The notes below the pieces were generated by a model. That model was given only the letters and a program-made list of their open reading frames with translations, ran no database searches and had not been told where the DNA came from. Shown one piece after another: positions 24,867 to 37,027 of a stretch of 64,000 nucleotides of DNA. The position numbers and the translations under genes were made by a program. Each line of letters starts with the position of its first letter. Positions within the stretch are counted from its first letter, which is position 1. This stretch comes from Lophium mytilinum (lineage: Eukaryota): assembly GCA_010093605.1 (NCBI GenBank), contig MU004192.1, positions 628,882-692,881 on the forward strand, written 5' to 3'.

Positions 24867-27800
24867 ACAGGTTTTGAGGATGATGCGGTGTCTGAGAAGG
24901 TTGAGATCGAGATCTGAGACTAGTTCTGAAGGGAAACGTGTTCGCGAGAATGGGTCCGGCAAGCTGTCTGGAAATGTGGCGAGGCGACGCCATGAAGATA
25001 TGTTTTACGACTCACGAAGGTATGGTCATGATTACGATGACATGGTAATGAAGAGAGAGAGAGAGTTCGGGTATGAGTAAGCGAAGGTATGAAGACATCG
25101 TTACGCTGCGGAGTCCATGACGGACGAGAAATCTGATCTGGGATTTCATTTTGCTTTTTTTCCTTTTCCCCAACGCTATCCTTGTATATTCTCTAGCTCA
25201 TGCACACCTACCAAAGCACGATTACTCTATTTTCGTTTCTTGTGAACGCCGTGATGTACAGTGGGTCCAGTTTTCGTCCTCGGAACAGCGGTTCTCGCTC
25301 TCGGGAATCTGGGAAGCGGATGTTACACAGTACCTGCAGGTTTTCAAACTCCTTAACTGCTTCTTTCTGGAGATTAAAGGATAGTCCTAGTGGAGCGAGC
25401 ACAGGTGGGGTGGATAAAGCTAGGTATGTAGGAGAAGAACCGGATCGGGGGCGCCACACGAGCTTGGCGTACCGGAGAGATGCGTGCATAGCGCGTGCAG
25501 CAAGCAGAAATGCAGGAGTTGGCAAAGTTGTGCGATGGCGCTTCGGATCGCAGTTTGTCAGATCAAGTAGTGAATGGTAGAAGTGTCAGTTGCGGCTATG
25601 CACTATGCACGTGGGTGGAGCGGGTCGGCGAATTTCAAGATACGGATGCTTGGGATCTAGACGTATGTAGGGTACGGCATGGATCGCTGGCCCTCGGCTG
25701 TGCCTAGGTGCTCTGAAAGACGCATATGCAGGAGGCTGTGGTGGAAGGCTGGGTTGGATAGAGTCGAGGCACTGTGGGTGGAGTAAAGCTAATGGGGCAA
25801 GCAGCATGGCAAGTTCTTGTGGGCGGCTTGCTTGCATGCGTCACGGCCACGAGCGCTGGTGTTTCGACTGTTCCGCGTGGCTGGTATGGGAGCGGTTCAG
25901 GCATTCCCGGGACATACGATGTAGGCTTGGGTGTCAAGAGCCACAGTTGGATGTGTTTCGCGATACGGGGGTTCGCGAAGCTGCGCAGGGGGGAGGGGTG
26001 ATTCTCTTGGAGGGGTAAATGAGAGGGGTGGATTAAATTACTTCGACGGGAAACGGCGAGGCGAGCCATGGGACTGTGGTGGGAATGGGCTGGGTGCAGC
26101 GTAACGGGGTGCGGGACGCGGGTCAGACCGGGGAAGCTTTCCTGGGTGGGAGAGCGAGGTTTCTGGGGGATGATTATCGGGTACTATGGATGGAGCGGTG
26201 ATGTGATAGGTTGTCAGAGGTGTTGATGAGGGTAAGAGGGTGATCGGGCTTTGGATAGGAGGAAGTGTATGAAAATTGGTTAGGGATGGAAGATCAATAG
26301 GTAAAGTAAGTATGTAAGAACCCATTGAGAAATCTGCTAGTCTCATTTGATATTACTAGAAGTAAAGTTGTCGTCTATATTTGCCTCGCAGAACCTAGAC
26401 GAATCGTACGTATCGATTTGAAGACTTGAAGTTCAATCTGTATGCTTCGCTCTATAGGAATTCCTCAACAATGCCAAACGACTTGTCTTTGTGGCCTGTG
26501 GAAGGCTCGAGACCGACACCCATACGAAGAGAAAGCCTGATGTATACTAGTTGGCTACATACGAGCTGAGAACCCGCGTGGCCAATCAGACGTGAAGAGA
26601 TGGTGATATCGGAATCGTTTAACGGGAAAGTTTCCATGACCAAAGAAGATGCTGTGGTGTTACTAAGATGCGCAGGCTTCCTACAGAAGAAGAAAGCAGT
26701 CTGAATCTAGAAATTCGATCATGCGAAGAGCAGATAATGCAAATAGTATGTTTGTGTACAGTGACAGGCCACAAGTCTGGGCACACTGGTACGCGACTGC
26801 TTGGGGTACCCCACAGGGTTTCAAATACTCAAGGGCGATGTCAAACTTCAAGTAGTGCAGATTAGACTGCCTCTTGACTAATAATTGCCTGCTCAGCAGT
26901 CAGGCTACCCCCAACAGTGGTGTTGAGTGGGCAAATTGGAGCCGAGTCCGTGTGCCCAGACTTGTGGCCTTGGACTGTACAAGCCTCTGCCAGTCGCAGA
27001 GTAGGCCATATTCTCAAGGAGCGTCTCAGGGTCCTACAAGCTGACTGTTCTGTTTCAAAAGAGGATGGCAGGAGACAGTGTGCGGAAGATGTGGTGGAAA
27101 TAAGCTCAAGTGTCAGGACGGCTCTAAGGAGTGAAAGTGCAAGACTTCTAATTGTGGAATGGGCACGGGCCTAGGGGCATTTGACGAGCTCGAGGAATGT
27201 GAGAGCAAGACGGTAAAATCACCACGACCCATGGAAACCTTCGTCCGCAACAGCTCCCGAAAGCTCGTTTCTCGGAGCAAACTTGCTCGAGCACCTACGA
27301 GCTTGACGAATGCAAATCCTTGCGAGACGACAGGCTGCACAATGAGGCTGGTGAATGGGTCGTCGGATGCATCGTCGGACCGAGCAACCCAACCACCAGG
27401 TCGGCGAGGTCGCCAGGTCGCGATGAAACACGACGGCTGAAATGCAAGTGGCTAAAGACATGTCTCGACTCTCGAGACATACGGTCACGACTGCGAGGTC
27501 GTTCTCGTGGCGAGAGACTCTGCCGGATGCAGGTCGGGGCTTTCTGGTAGCGGCGGGCAGCAGGCCAAGGCTGATATGTGCACGACTCGACGCCTTCTCA
27601 GGAGTCGGCCACACTCGGCCACACCACGTATGCTCTAAGGATGCCGGCTCGAGCCACGAGGCATTGCGAGATACTCAACGGCACCGCCATGACTTGGGAC
27701 ACGACGATCGCAGGAGTTGATGTGCTTGCTAGATCTACAGGCGGGACGGAGGTGGGGGATTGAGGAGCAGGCAGATTGGCGAGTTCGGGAAGAGCTGGGA

Positions 27801-29147
27801 ACTTGACTGGAGGCTCGCGATGCAGGCGTTGCGATACCTGGATGAGCAGCGAGGGCAAGATCAGTGGTCAAGCGCCGGGAGCCCGCGGCAGGGCGACAAC
27901 AGGCCGGAAGCTGTGGGCTTTGGCGCCGGGTGCTGAAACATTCTGCCGTCCACGTCGTCGATGGTGTTGAGTCGGGATCAGGGTGACCAGCGCCGGGAGG
28001 AGAGTGCACTGTCCGCCGGCCGCTGAGGCTTGCCAAGGAGGATTGTGAATGGAAGCATGGAAGGCCATGAATCTTCGGCATGCCGCCGCCAGGTGGACTA
28101 ACAGCTGGTGGAAGCGTCCATGACAGGACGCTGCTGCAGCTGTCTGCGCCGGCGTCGAAAACGCGGCCGGCGTGATGCAGAACCGTCAGCAGCATCAATC
28201 CGAATTGGCCCACTGTTGGATTGAAATTGTCGTCAGGCACAGGCACAGACACGCTGCTGGCATGCGTCAGGGTGCACGACAGCCCACCATGGCTTGAGGT
28301 TCGTGACGCCAGCCCTGACGCGATATCGCCTGCATCCCCTTCGGACGGCGCACGAAGCAGTATGTGGATCGAGCATTGAAAGGCTTGGACGATCGTTCTG
28401 GGCTGGCTCTCGTTGGACGCCACGCCCCTGGAGGGCCCTGCAATCGTCCATCTGCCCCGGAACGGCATCGATGTCGACATGGAGCCCCTGACGAGCTTGA
28501 GCTGTCACAAGATGCCCTTGAACGTCGAATTGAGGCCGACCACACCCTCGCGAGCAAGGGAGTACAGATATTGGCAATGCTATCGCTGCTCTCCAGGTCA
28601 CTAGGGCCAGGTACCGTAAGCAGGCGGCCCAGTAAGCTTCACGCAGCGTCGGCGCTTTTCCATACTTTCCCATAGCTTTTTTCGTGGCACTCGAATCCTG
28701 GGGCAGTCCAAGAGCTAGCCTGTCGATCCTCTAGCAGTCTTTGGTTCGCGCTCGCTGGCAGCCGGCAGCTTCGGCGAGAACGCCCAGTTCCTTTTGCTGC
28801 ACCTCTCCCAGCCAGACACCTCCCGTGGACCCTCGACCTCTCCAAACCCCCAGGACTCCCGCCGACGAGAGACACCATGCGCCTTGCCATTCCGTTGCCT
28901 GCTCCCTGACTACCCGCATCCCAGCGCTTGTCCGCTTGCTTCACATTGGAGTACACGGCGCCTCCCACGCTGTGCCATTGCGCCCACCGCCAGCAGACAT
29001 GGTCACGTAGCCACCAGTCTTGAAGAGTAACCCTCCCTCAGTCCCTCGCCCATTGCGGCTCAAAAACCCAGAGCTGGACTTCTCAATTGACCTCAGCATA
29101 GCCCTTTTCGTCCCTCCACACCGCCAATTGCACTACCATAGCTCAAT

Positions 29148-32100
29148 ATGGCTCGTGGCTCCAAATTCTCGTTCCCCATACCAGGGCGCCGCAATCATGG
29201 AAAGAAGGACGTCATTGAGACGAGCTCCATTCCGTCCGTCGAATCCCACTATCCAGAATACACTCCCCGCGTGGAAGATCCGTCAAAACCCTCCAAGGCG
29301 GAGCGATTGTTAGGAACCTCCAATCTTGCCATTCGCCAGCAGCCCTCCCTCCCACAACCACCGACGCGGACTGCGCCAGTCCCCATTCCTGAGCCCCCAC
29401 AGAGCCCAGGTTACATGACTGTCACTGTGTCTGAGGCCAGCTTTGGCTCAGATTGCACAGACCACGCCTCGTCGACAGCTGTCGAGGACGTGGCCCACCC
29501 GCCACGGTGGCAGAGTATCCATCCACGCCCGTCATCCAATCTCCTGGGAAACGCATATAACGACGACAGAGGGCGTGCTGGCTCTATCGGGAGCACAGTC
29601 AGCAGGCGGATCCAAGGCCAAGGCTCCTCCTCGACCCTACGCTCCTTCTATGATGCTCACAAATCTCCCATGTCAGTCTCACAACAAACGTCTGCTTCTG
29701 CGGTCCGGGATATGGCCCTACGAAAAGGCGAGCGGCCGATACAACACCAAGGAGAGCACGCAAAATCTACCCCTAATCTTACCTCGCATCAGGACCTGGA
29801 AGCCGCAAAGCGACAGGCCAAGAAGAACAAACCGCCTCGACTAGACTTATCTCGGCTATTCCCTAAACCTCGGGCCCAGAACTCGAGCAATGGGGCACCT
29901 CTGCTCTCGCCAACCAAGATGGTCAACTCTCCTATGCCCATGTCGGCCACCTCCGAATATTTCCCCCGTCATCATGCAGCCTCGCTACGCGAGACCACAC
30001 CTGCCCCATCCATCAGAAGCGTGCAACGCCAGGATCCTCCCGCGCCCTCGCGAATAGAGCGCCCGAAAAATCAAAAGGGCAAAGAAAAGGATGCTAAGGA
30101 CCAGAAGGCTTTCAAACGGGATGTCTTTGACAACGCCAAAGTCAACGTCCGGCGACCTCCCCGTGGCATCCAGCATTGGTTCGAAGGACTCGACGAGGAG
30201 GATGAAGAAGAGGACGATGATGTTCCACCACCACCACCTATTCCAGAAACAGCTCCTCCAAAGCCACCGCCTGTGCGGGCTGCCAATCTAGCTCCTATCA
30301 GGAAGAGTTCTCTTGGTAGAGTCCTGCCTAGAGAGGTCGTAGCGCCCAAATTAGATCGGACGCAGACGTCGCATTTGAGCCCCGCAACTCAAATGGAATT
30401 CTACAAAACCCCTGCCCCGAGGCGCCCACTTCACCGCCAGCGATCGGCTAGCAACCAGTCTGTCGAAAGTCAGGTCACGGCAATATCGTCCAGGTCCAAG
30501 TTCTCAAATTCAAACTTGCAAGACAACAGTGTGCTATCCATGTCCTCCTCCGACGAGGAATGTGAGAATGAGCCACACAAGCCGGTAGCTCCAGTACGAG
30601 ACAGTCTTGCTGTCTCGACCGATAATGAGGGCGAGATTATCATTGGTAGGGCCCAAGCTTTCGAAGTCAAGCCAAGGCCCAAACACGGTCGCAGCGACTC
30701 TAACGGAAGACGACCATCTGAATCGACCTTGAGCATGGCATCGGTCTCTACGAGTGCTGCTACGATCGAGGTAATGCTTTCACCGGATCCACACTCATCT
30801 TACCTACCGCGGCACTCTCGCACCAAAGCTTCGCGACATAGTCGGCAGCCATCAGCCATACCCGAGCATGATACGCGTCCACGGACTGCAAGCGTGGGTG
30901 AGACTGCAGCACTGTCCCCAACTACAAGCCCTCGCAGTGCAAGAACCTCACGTAGCGAGCCTCGATCTCGGAGCGAGCAACACAAGCTGATGGCTGTCAC
31001 TGAGGAGGAAGAGGCTTTGTTAGAGATGATGCGACGCAAGAGGGCTGCTATGGCAAAACACAGCTTCTCCGAAGGCTACAAGACTGCGTTAACACAAGCG
31101 ACGAAGCGCGGCGACACGCCAACTCCTCGCAATTATGAGAATATGCCCAGGACATCTGGATTTCTGGTCATGGACAGCCCTGGTAGTGGCGTTTCGACAG
31201 ATCATCCGGCGTCAGTCTCGTCAAAGTACTCGAAGCAAGGCTCAGTCTCTGGCTCTGATACTTTGACTTCTCTTGGCTCTGGTGCTACCTCTGCAAGGGG
31301 TCGATCCAAGAAGACCCAAAAGCCACCGGTCATCCCTACAAGCATACTTCGTGATACGTCCTCCTCCGACTCCAACACTGCGCCACACCATCAATTCTCA
31401 GAAATCGACTCCCCAGCACGTAACAATCCTCGATATCAATTATCAGCCCACCTCGACTTCTCTCCCTTGGACGTTTTCCCGTCCACCCCATCTAACGCTA
31501 GCATAGCGTCTCCCACAACTGCCAGCCATGCCTCACCATTGCCATCACCTATAACACCTGGACGTCCTGGGGAAATCGACTTATTGGTCAAAGTGGCCGG
31601 TAGTGAGCCCAGCTGCAATGGGGACGAGGATCTCGTTCACAGCGCTGGTTCTATCGAGCCGTTTATGACCTCTAGCGTCGAGAAACTTCACGAGAGCCAT
31701 CGCACGAGCGAAGCAAGCCCTCGCGCCCGTCGTCGAACTGCAAGTAGTGGTGCCGACGTCGTCTTCGGCTCGGATGGCGTCAAGAGCCAGAGTGTTTCTC
31801 GAAGTGTGTCTCGACGGGAATCAGAATTGTCCCAGATTCATCGACCGCAAGTGTCACCGCTTTACCAGCACGCTTTTGACACTCTCGACACCTCCGACAC
31901 CCCTGAACTCTACCACTCTGAGCCCAAGAGCGCTCGTTCCCGCTCCGCCCGTCGCACTTCCAGCATAGTTGCACCGCCGCGCAGCACCCGTACCAGCGTC
32001 GCGTCTTCAATTACTCCATCGACCGCTCCAACCTCTCGCTCCGTTCGTGACAGCCGAATCAGCAAAACCTCACGTATCAGTCGGGAGAACAGTCTCAAGA

Positions 32101-32213
32101 AGCGGGAGAGCATGGCCACATCGTCAATCAACACCCGATGCAGTGTTAGCGACGACGTCTTGGCCGCATGGGGTAGCCTAGGTGGCTGGCGGACCTTCGA
32201 AGAACGGGTCTAG
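29148..32213 (+). CDS. Uncharacterised 1021-aa intrinsically disordered Ser/Pro/Arg-rich protein
   Basis: Intronless 3-kb ORF with short motif-like islands (SKAERLLG, LRSFYD..SQQTSASAVRDMALRKG, KLMAVTEEEEALLEMMRRKRA, SVSDDVLAAWGSLGG). Confidence 0.85.
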   Translation: MARGSKFSFPIPGRRNHGKKDVIETSSIPSVESHYPEYTPRVEDPSKPSKAERLLGTSNLAIRQQPSLPQPPTRTAPVPIPEPPQSPGYMTVTVSEASFGSDCTDHASSTAVEDVAHPPRWQSIHPRPSSNLLGNAYNDDRGRAGSIGSTVSRRIQGQGSSSTLRSFYDAHKSPMSVSQQTSASAVRDMALRKGERPIQHQGEHAKSTPNLTSHQDLEAAKRQAKKNKPPRLDLSRLFPKPRAQNSSNGAPLLSPTKMVNSPMPMSATSEYFPRHHAASLRETTPAPSIRSVQRQDPPAPSRIERPKNQKGKEKDAKDQKAFKRDVFDNAKVNVRRPPRGIQHWFEGLDEEDEEEDDDVPPPPPIPETAPPKPPPVRAANLAPIRKSSLGRVLPREVVAPKLDRTQTSHLSPATQMEFYKTPAPRRPLHRQRSASNQSVESQVTAISSRSKFSNSNLQDNSVLSMSSSDEECENEPHKPVAPVRDSLAVSTDNEGEIIIGRAQAFEVKPRPKHGRSDSNGRRPSESTLSMASVSTSAATIEVMLSPDPHSSYLPRHSRTKASRHSRQPSAIPEHDTRPRTASVGETAALSPTTSPRSARTSRSEPRSRSEQHKLMAVTEEEEALLEMMRRKRAAMAKHSFSEGYKTALTQATKRGDTPTPRNYENMPRTSGFLVMDSPGSGVSTDHPASVSSKYSKQGSVSGSDTLTSLGSGATSARGRSKKTQKPPVIPTSILRDTSSSDSNTAPHHQFSEIDSPARNNPRYQLSAHLDFSPLDVFPSTPSNASIASPTTASHASPLPSPITPGRPGEIDLLVKVAGSEPSCNGDEDLVHSAGSIEPFMTSSVEKLHESHRTSEASPRARRRTASSGADVVFGSDGVKSQSVSRSVSRRESELSQIHRPQVSPLYQHAFDTLDTSDTPELYHSEPKSARSRSARRTSSIVAPPRSTRTSVASSITPSTAPTSRSVRDSRISKTSRISRENSLKKRESMATSSINTRCSVSDDVLAAWGSLGGWRTFEERV

Positions 32214-32984
32214 ACTTCTTCACCTTTGTCGCGGGTGGCCCTCCTTAATACTGGCATTCGGGTGGGTGGATGGATGGATTGGCTGATGAGATGGTGACGA
32301 TTGGGACATGGTTTCTTATATCTATCACTGATGTTCATGTCTCTGGGAAGGCTTTGCTATCGACATTTTTTACTCTCTCTCCTTTGTTCAACATCTCTAT
32401 TAAACTTCTGCTTAATGCCTCGCGGCCTCTTTGCGTCGGAGAATACCTATCCCCGGCTTGATACCCTACCCTCCTCGCAGGGTGTGTTTTGCGAGCTCTC
32501 CAAAAATTCAAGCTTAGTCAAGCGCTATGTCTGTTTCACTATCGTCGTTTGTCGTTTTCATGCAAGCAAGGGCGTTCTGGTTCTGGGGATGGTCGCTCCG
32601 CACGCAGAGTCTTCAACATCTGCCAATGCGGGTTTAGGAAGATGAAGTGAGTGAGCGATTGAGGGCTCCGTATGAAGGATATTGGTTCACGGATTGGAAA
32701 CCTTCTACATACAAGTATATTAGCTCTGATGCATGGGGTGGCGAGCGCTGTAATGTTAGTATCATAGATCTGCATATTTTTATCATGCTTGTTCTGTTGC
32801 TTTCCTACCACTAAATCTTCTCTACAGATCGAACCCCTCATTGTTCCTCCCCTCTCTTATCTTCCCCTCACTTCTCCACTTAAACGATGTTGGATGGGCT
32901 TACGTGCCTCTAACAGTGGATGATTTTGCGTCTAAAAGTAGAGGCCTCTAAGCCCGCTTTTCTAATAACGACTGCAGCTTAAGA

Positions 32985-34742
32985 CTACTTAAATTGCAAA
33001 GCCGAGAGCGTCTCCATTACCTCTTCGAGAGATGGTCGCTCCTGTATGTCTCTCTCGAGCTGCGCGACATGCTCAGGCACCCTGCCGTGCTCACCACGTA
33101 CATACTCGTGCCGCACATATATTTCAGCCAGGGACAATTCTTCACGCCACCATCGGGTAGCAGCCTCTTGAGTTTCCGTCGCTGTCACTGCGCAGTCTCG
33201 TTTGCCCCATGGGACTATTTGGTCGCCATCTCGAATGACTCCAGGATGCCTTTTCCCCCACTCTGGTGCTCCCGCAGTGCAGCGTCGAATCAGCTGCTGG
33301 ATAACTGGAGGGCTCAGGCGAAACTCGGGAAACTGTTGATCCTGCTTGAAATCCTCAAGAAACGATTCCACGCTCTGCGCTCCGTCTGGTGAAGGAAGAC
33401 CTTCAAAAATGCACCAGAGCACTTTACCGAGCGCATACATCTGGGCCTTCGCGCGAGCGTGTATCTCTAAAGAAGCCCATGCAAGATTATAGCCGTCTTT
33501 CGCATCTCGAAGCGAGCGGTCCTTGTACGCTGGCGTCCATTGTGGGAATGCTGCTTTTACGAGTGATGTATATCGTTCGCGGACACTCTCTGCGCCTGAC
33601 GTTAAGGCTAAGAGTTCCAGGTATTCGACATACCGTACCTCCGGAGGTGTCCACGTGTACCAAGTGCCTCTTTGCTCGAAATCTAGAAGAACCGGTTGTA
33701 GAATCGATGTGTCTTGGTTTTCAGAGCTCGTAAACACGATGTTATTCGGCTTGAGATCTGGAAAGTATCTGGGGCGTTGAATTCGCACGTGCAGAAGCGC
33801 CGACGTCAACTGGTACGACCAGGCTACCTTTTCATCCATCGTGATTACGGCCCCTTCAGTCTGTAGCCGTTGCTGGAGCGTAGGTCCGGGGTATAACTTC
33901 AGCAAGAACCCAGCGATACCAGGCTCATCGTCCAAGCGGCGCTTCAAAATGAGAGCATGTGGTCGCGCTACGATGTTCGGATGGCTGTCCATTGAGAGCA
34001 ACAGTCTCAGTTCGTGGTACATATAATGGGTGTCTTGCATCAAAGCCTTAAAGACGAAAGAGGTATTGTCTATTTGTCCAGCGATGCGGACGATGCTGAT
34101 GTTCTCGTGTGGATGCGATAGAAGCTCCAAAGACTCCCATGGTACAGTCATACTGGAAAGACGTTCGACAGACATCGATACCTCATGCGCAAAGGCATCT
34201 ATGGACAACCACGATCGCTCGGTTGCGAGATCTGGAAGCAGATGGATTTTCGTTTGTTGAAAGTCTGCATGAAGCGATTCTACGATGATAGTGGATCCAA
34301 AAGGCAAGTTTTCGTACTCGTGCTCGAAACTTGGTTGCCGGTTAGACCAATTTGTGAGCGCTTTGCGAAGATGCGTGGTGAGTGGTAGGTCATGGATTCT
34401 CCATTTGCCGGCTCTGAAGAATGACTTGATCTCAAGGCTCTCTTCCAACACATGACTATATTGCACCTGATTCCATGGCAGAGTGGTCGTTATTCGAAGT
34501 GGAGGCTTTCGCCGAGCAAATTTCGGCACCGTGCAAAAGAATCTACGGTCGGTTTCACCTCCATCGACATCCCAAAGCTCTGATCCATAGAGGCCCAAGC
34601 TCTCAACGCGATTCTTCGGGTTCAGAATGCTGTCAGGCCATGGAACGCCAGCCTCGGCGTCAACTGGGGGTTCTCCTAGCCCCTTATGAGAAGCTCCATA
34701 TGGTAATAGAATCGATTCCACAATTGCCGGTGTCGGATCCAT
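32985..34742 (-). CDS. Atypical protein kinase-like protein
   Basis: Intronless 585-aa ORF: beta3 FVFK, helix-C HEL, catalytic loop YFPDLKPNNIV, DFE in place of DFG, PPEV, QMYALGKVLWCIF, C-terminal RPSLEEV. Confidence 0.8.
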   Translation of the reverse strand: MDPTPAIVESILLPYGASHKGLGEPPVDAEAGVPWPDSILNPKNRVESLGLYGSELWDVDGGETDRRFFCTVPKFARRKPPLRITTTLPWNQVQYSHVLEESLEIKSFFRAGKWRIHDLPLTTHLRKALTNWSNRQPSFEHEYENLPFGSTIIVESLHADFQQTKIHLLPDLATERSWLSIDAFAHEVSMSVERLSSMTVPWESLELLSHPHENISIVRIAGQIDNTSFVFKALMQDTHYMYHELRLLLSMDSHPNIVARPHALILKRRLDDEPGIAGFLLKLYPGPTLQQRLQTEGAVITMDEKVAWSYQLTSALLHVRIQRPRYFPDLKPNNIVFTSSENQDTSILQPVLLDFEQRGTWYTWTPPEVRYVEYLELLALTSGAESVRERYTSLVKAAFPQWTPAYKDRSLRDAKDGYNLAWASLEIHARAKAQMYALGKVLWCIFEGLPSPDGAQSVESFLEDFKQDQQFPEFRLSPPVIQQLIRRCTAGAPEWGKRHPGVIRDGDQIVPWGKRDCAVTATETQEAATRWWREELSLAEIYVRHEYVRGEHGRVPEHVAQLERDIQERPSLEEVMETLSALQFK

Positions 34743-35355
34743 TTCAGTAAGATAGTCTATGAGTCACTAATCCATCGGAAGCAATGAACACCTAGAGACC
34801 TAGACTTAAGGCTGCTCCGCATCTTTGCGTAACGTTTGCGGCTCTGCAATGACTTCTCCCCCACGGCTGAGACATGTGCTGAGTGTCTTGCTTGGTCTTG
34901 CTCAGCGATAGCAAAGTCATCTGCAAATGTAATTGGTACCAATGGAACGGTTCAATGCGCACTGCACCTCGCCACAGGAAGAAGCACTTCAACTCCCTGC
35001 ACTTTCCGGTGAGCGAAATAGGAGCAGTGATTGGTCGCCTTCTTCAAGCGCATCCTTCCAGTATGCTCCACCTCGCAGCGCGTGGCGTGCTGAGGACTCA
35101 TAATGGCGAAGTATGTGGGCAAAATCTACCAGGTTTCATGCACGTTCGCTTCCCACCTACTCTCACGAGTTTTCCTTGTGTCGGCGTTTCTCGTGGCGAC
35201 ATTGTCAAGATGCAAGAATCTCTAGTGCATTGACTAATCACACAGGATTCTACGGCACGGCCCGCATCGCTAGAATAAGCGGTCCTTCCCGCATCATATT
35301 TCCATCTCGAGTATATTATCAGAATGGCCGTATAGATGTAATGCTTTGCGCATGG

Positions 35356-36369
35356 TTATAGTCGCGGTGCCGTGGCGAATGGCAGAGTACGATGGAGACG
35401 CATGTTCATCTCGGGATAGTCGCGCTCATCATCGGCCGTGATGATCCCATGCCTGATGAAGAAGTCGATCATAACAGCCGCGGAGTTGGTCTTAAACTCC
35501 TTCCGAAGCAAAGCCATCTTGACCTCGTCAGGCGTCATAAGGTAGAACTCCTTAACCTCGTCATCGTGCGGCTTTGGGATGACGTCTTCAGTGACCTCCA
35601 TGTCGTACACGTGAACCATGTCCGGTTTGACAAGACCTCCAACCTCACCCTGCCCCTGCTCGAGCAAAGTGATGTATGTGAGCACTCCCGCCGACCGAAT
35701 ATCTCGTCGAACAAGATCTTCAGGCAAGGACGCCTCCTCATCTGCTTCTCGGATAATAGTCTCGAATGGTGTGTCCTTGGCAGATATGCCGCCAGCGACT
35801 GTGCTGTCCAGCTTGTTGGGATATGTACTTATTGTAGGGCTTCGACGAGGAACCCATATCTTCAGGCCGCTCGATGTACGGGTGTATGCGGTAAGATGGG
35901 CGCCCTGACTCACAATTCCGAACAACGGCGCAGCATATCTGAAGAGGCGGGCGGGATATTCGACGCCCACAATTGCAAACTCCTCGTATTCTTCGCCCTT
36001 CAGGTTGAAGAGATCTTTCTCCTGGCAGGCTGCGACTAGCTTTGCGAAGGCTTCGTTGCAGGCTGCCGACGTAGCTTTGCCATCGGAGCTATCCAAGACA
36101 TCCACTCTCCTTGGTCTCTCGTGTGTGATCTGGAAGTCACTCGTCCACGGTGTTTTTTCTACTACACCCGGCACTAGAAAACCGTGAGGACGGTCGTCGT
36201 TCGGCAGGTAAAGTCGGTAAAGAGGGTCGAAAAACGGAGTGTCGTATGGACAACTTCAACAACGCTGTCAGCATTGCAATAGCGGAGATTTAAATTCGTG
36301 ACTGTCATACCTGTCATTCAATGCAATGAGCTGCAGCAAAGTGATTTCTTCAGTTTTGTTGTCAGCCAT
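35356..36369 (-). CDS. Nudix hydrolase, YJR142W / thiamine pyrophosphokinase-related (Tnr3 N-terminal) family
   Basis: Nudix box GGISAKDTPFETIIREADEEASL; family motifs APLFGIVSQGAHL, IWVPRRS, YPNKLDSTVAGG, PKPHDDEV, IDFFIRHGII. One intron at 36254-36310, ATG at 36369. Confidence 0.9.
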
Positions 36370-37027
36370 AGTAATAGTGAGCGTTCGGTGACCTGTGTCG
36401 GATCTGCGATCAGACTTTTTCCGATGTTCGTTTTGAGGCCTGGTTGACACGGTCAATGATGAGAGGAGCAACACTACAAGCTTGAATATGATCGAGCCGC
36501 CTCGGCGTGGGGCGGGCGTCAATGTGTCAGCCTGCTCGTTCGCCCAACCCTGTATACAAAACGCCACGACACGCACAATGTCTGCGGTGTGTGAGTTTAT
36601 GCATGTGCTCACCGGTCTGCTGGTTGCACGACAGCTTCAGAGATACGCACGAGCCATCGGGTTTGCTGAGGGCCACAGCAGGGCGTAGCATCTACTGCAT
36701 GTACCCCGCTCCAGATAGTCCTAGGATTTGTCAAGTTTGAGAACACTTGGGCTGACTGCTTTTCCTAGGGCTTCTGTTCTAGAGACTCGTATAGTTGATC
36801 AACAATGGAGCATAGCCACCTCGTCTGGCGAGGCAGCAAGCGGCCAACGAAGCCTGCCGTAGACGCGTCGCTAGCAGATTTAAAGGTGAGTAGTATCTGC
36901 ATACACAAGCCCAACATATGCGCTGTCCATCTGGCTAAGGAACTTGTGCTTGTACTTGTACTACTTTGTCGAGAATTTTCGTTTGAGCGACGTCTGGCGT
37001 AATCCGGCGCTACGGAGCGTGGGCATC

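Noticed and set aside
26900..29100. Many overlapping GC-rich ORFs upstream of the 1021-aa gene
   Set aside because: No domain motifs or consistent frame; most likely a long promoter or 5' UTR region.
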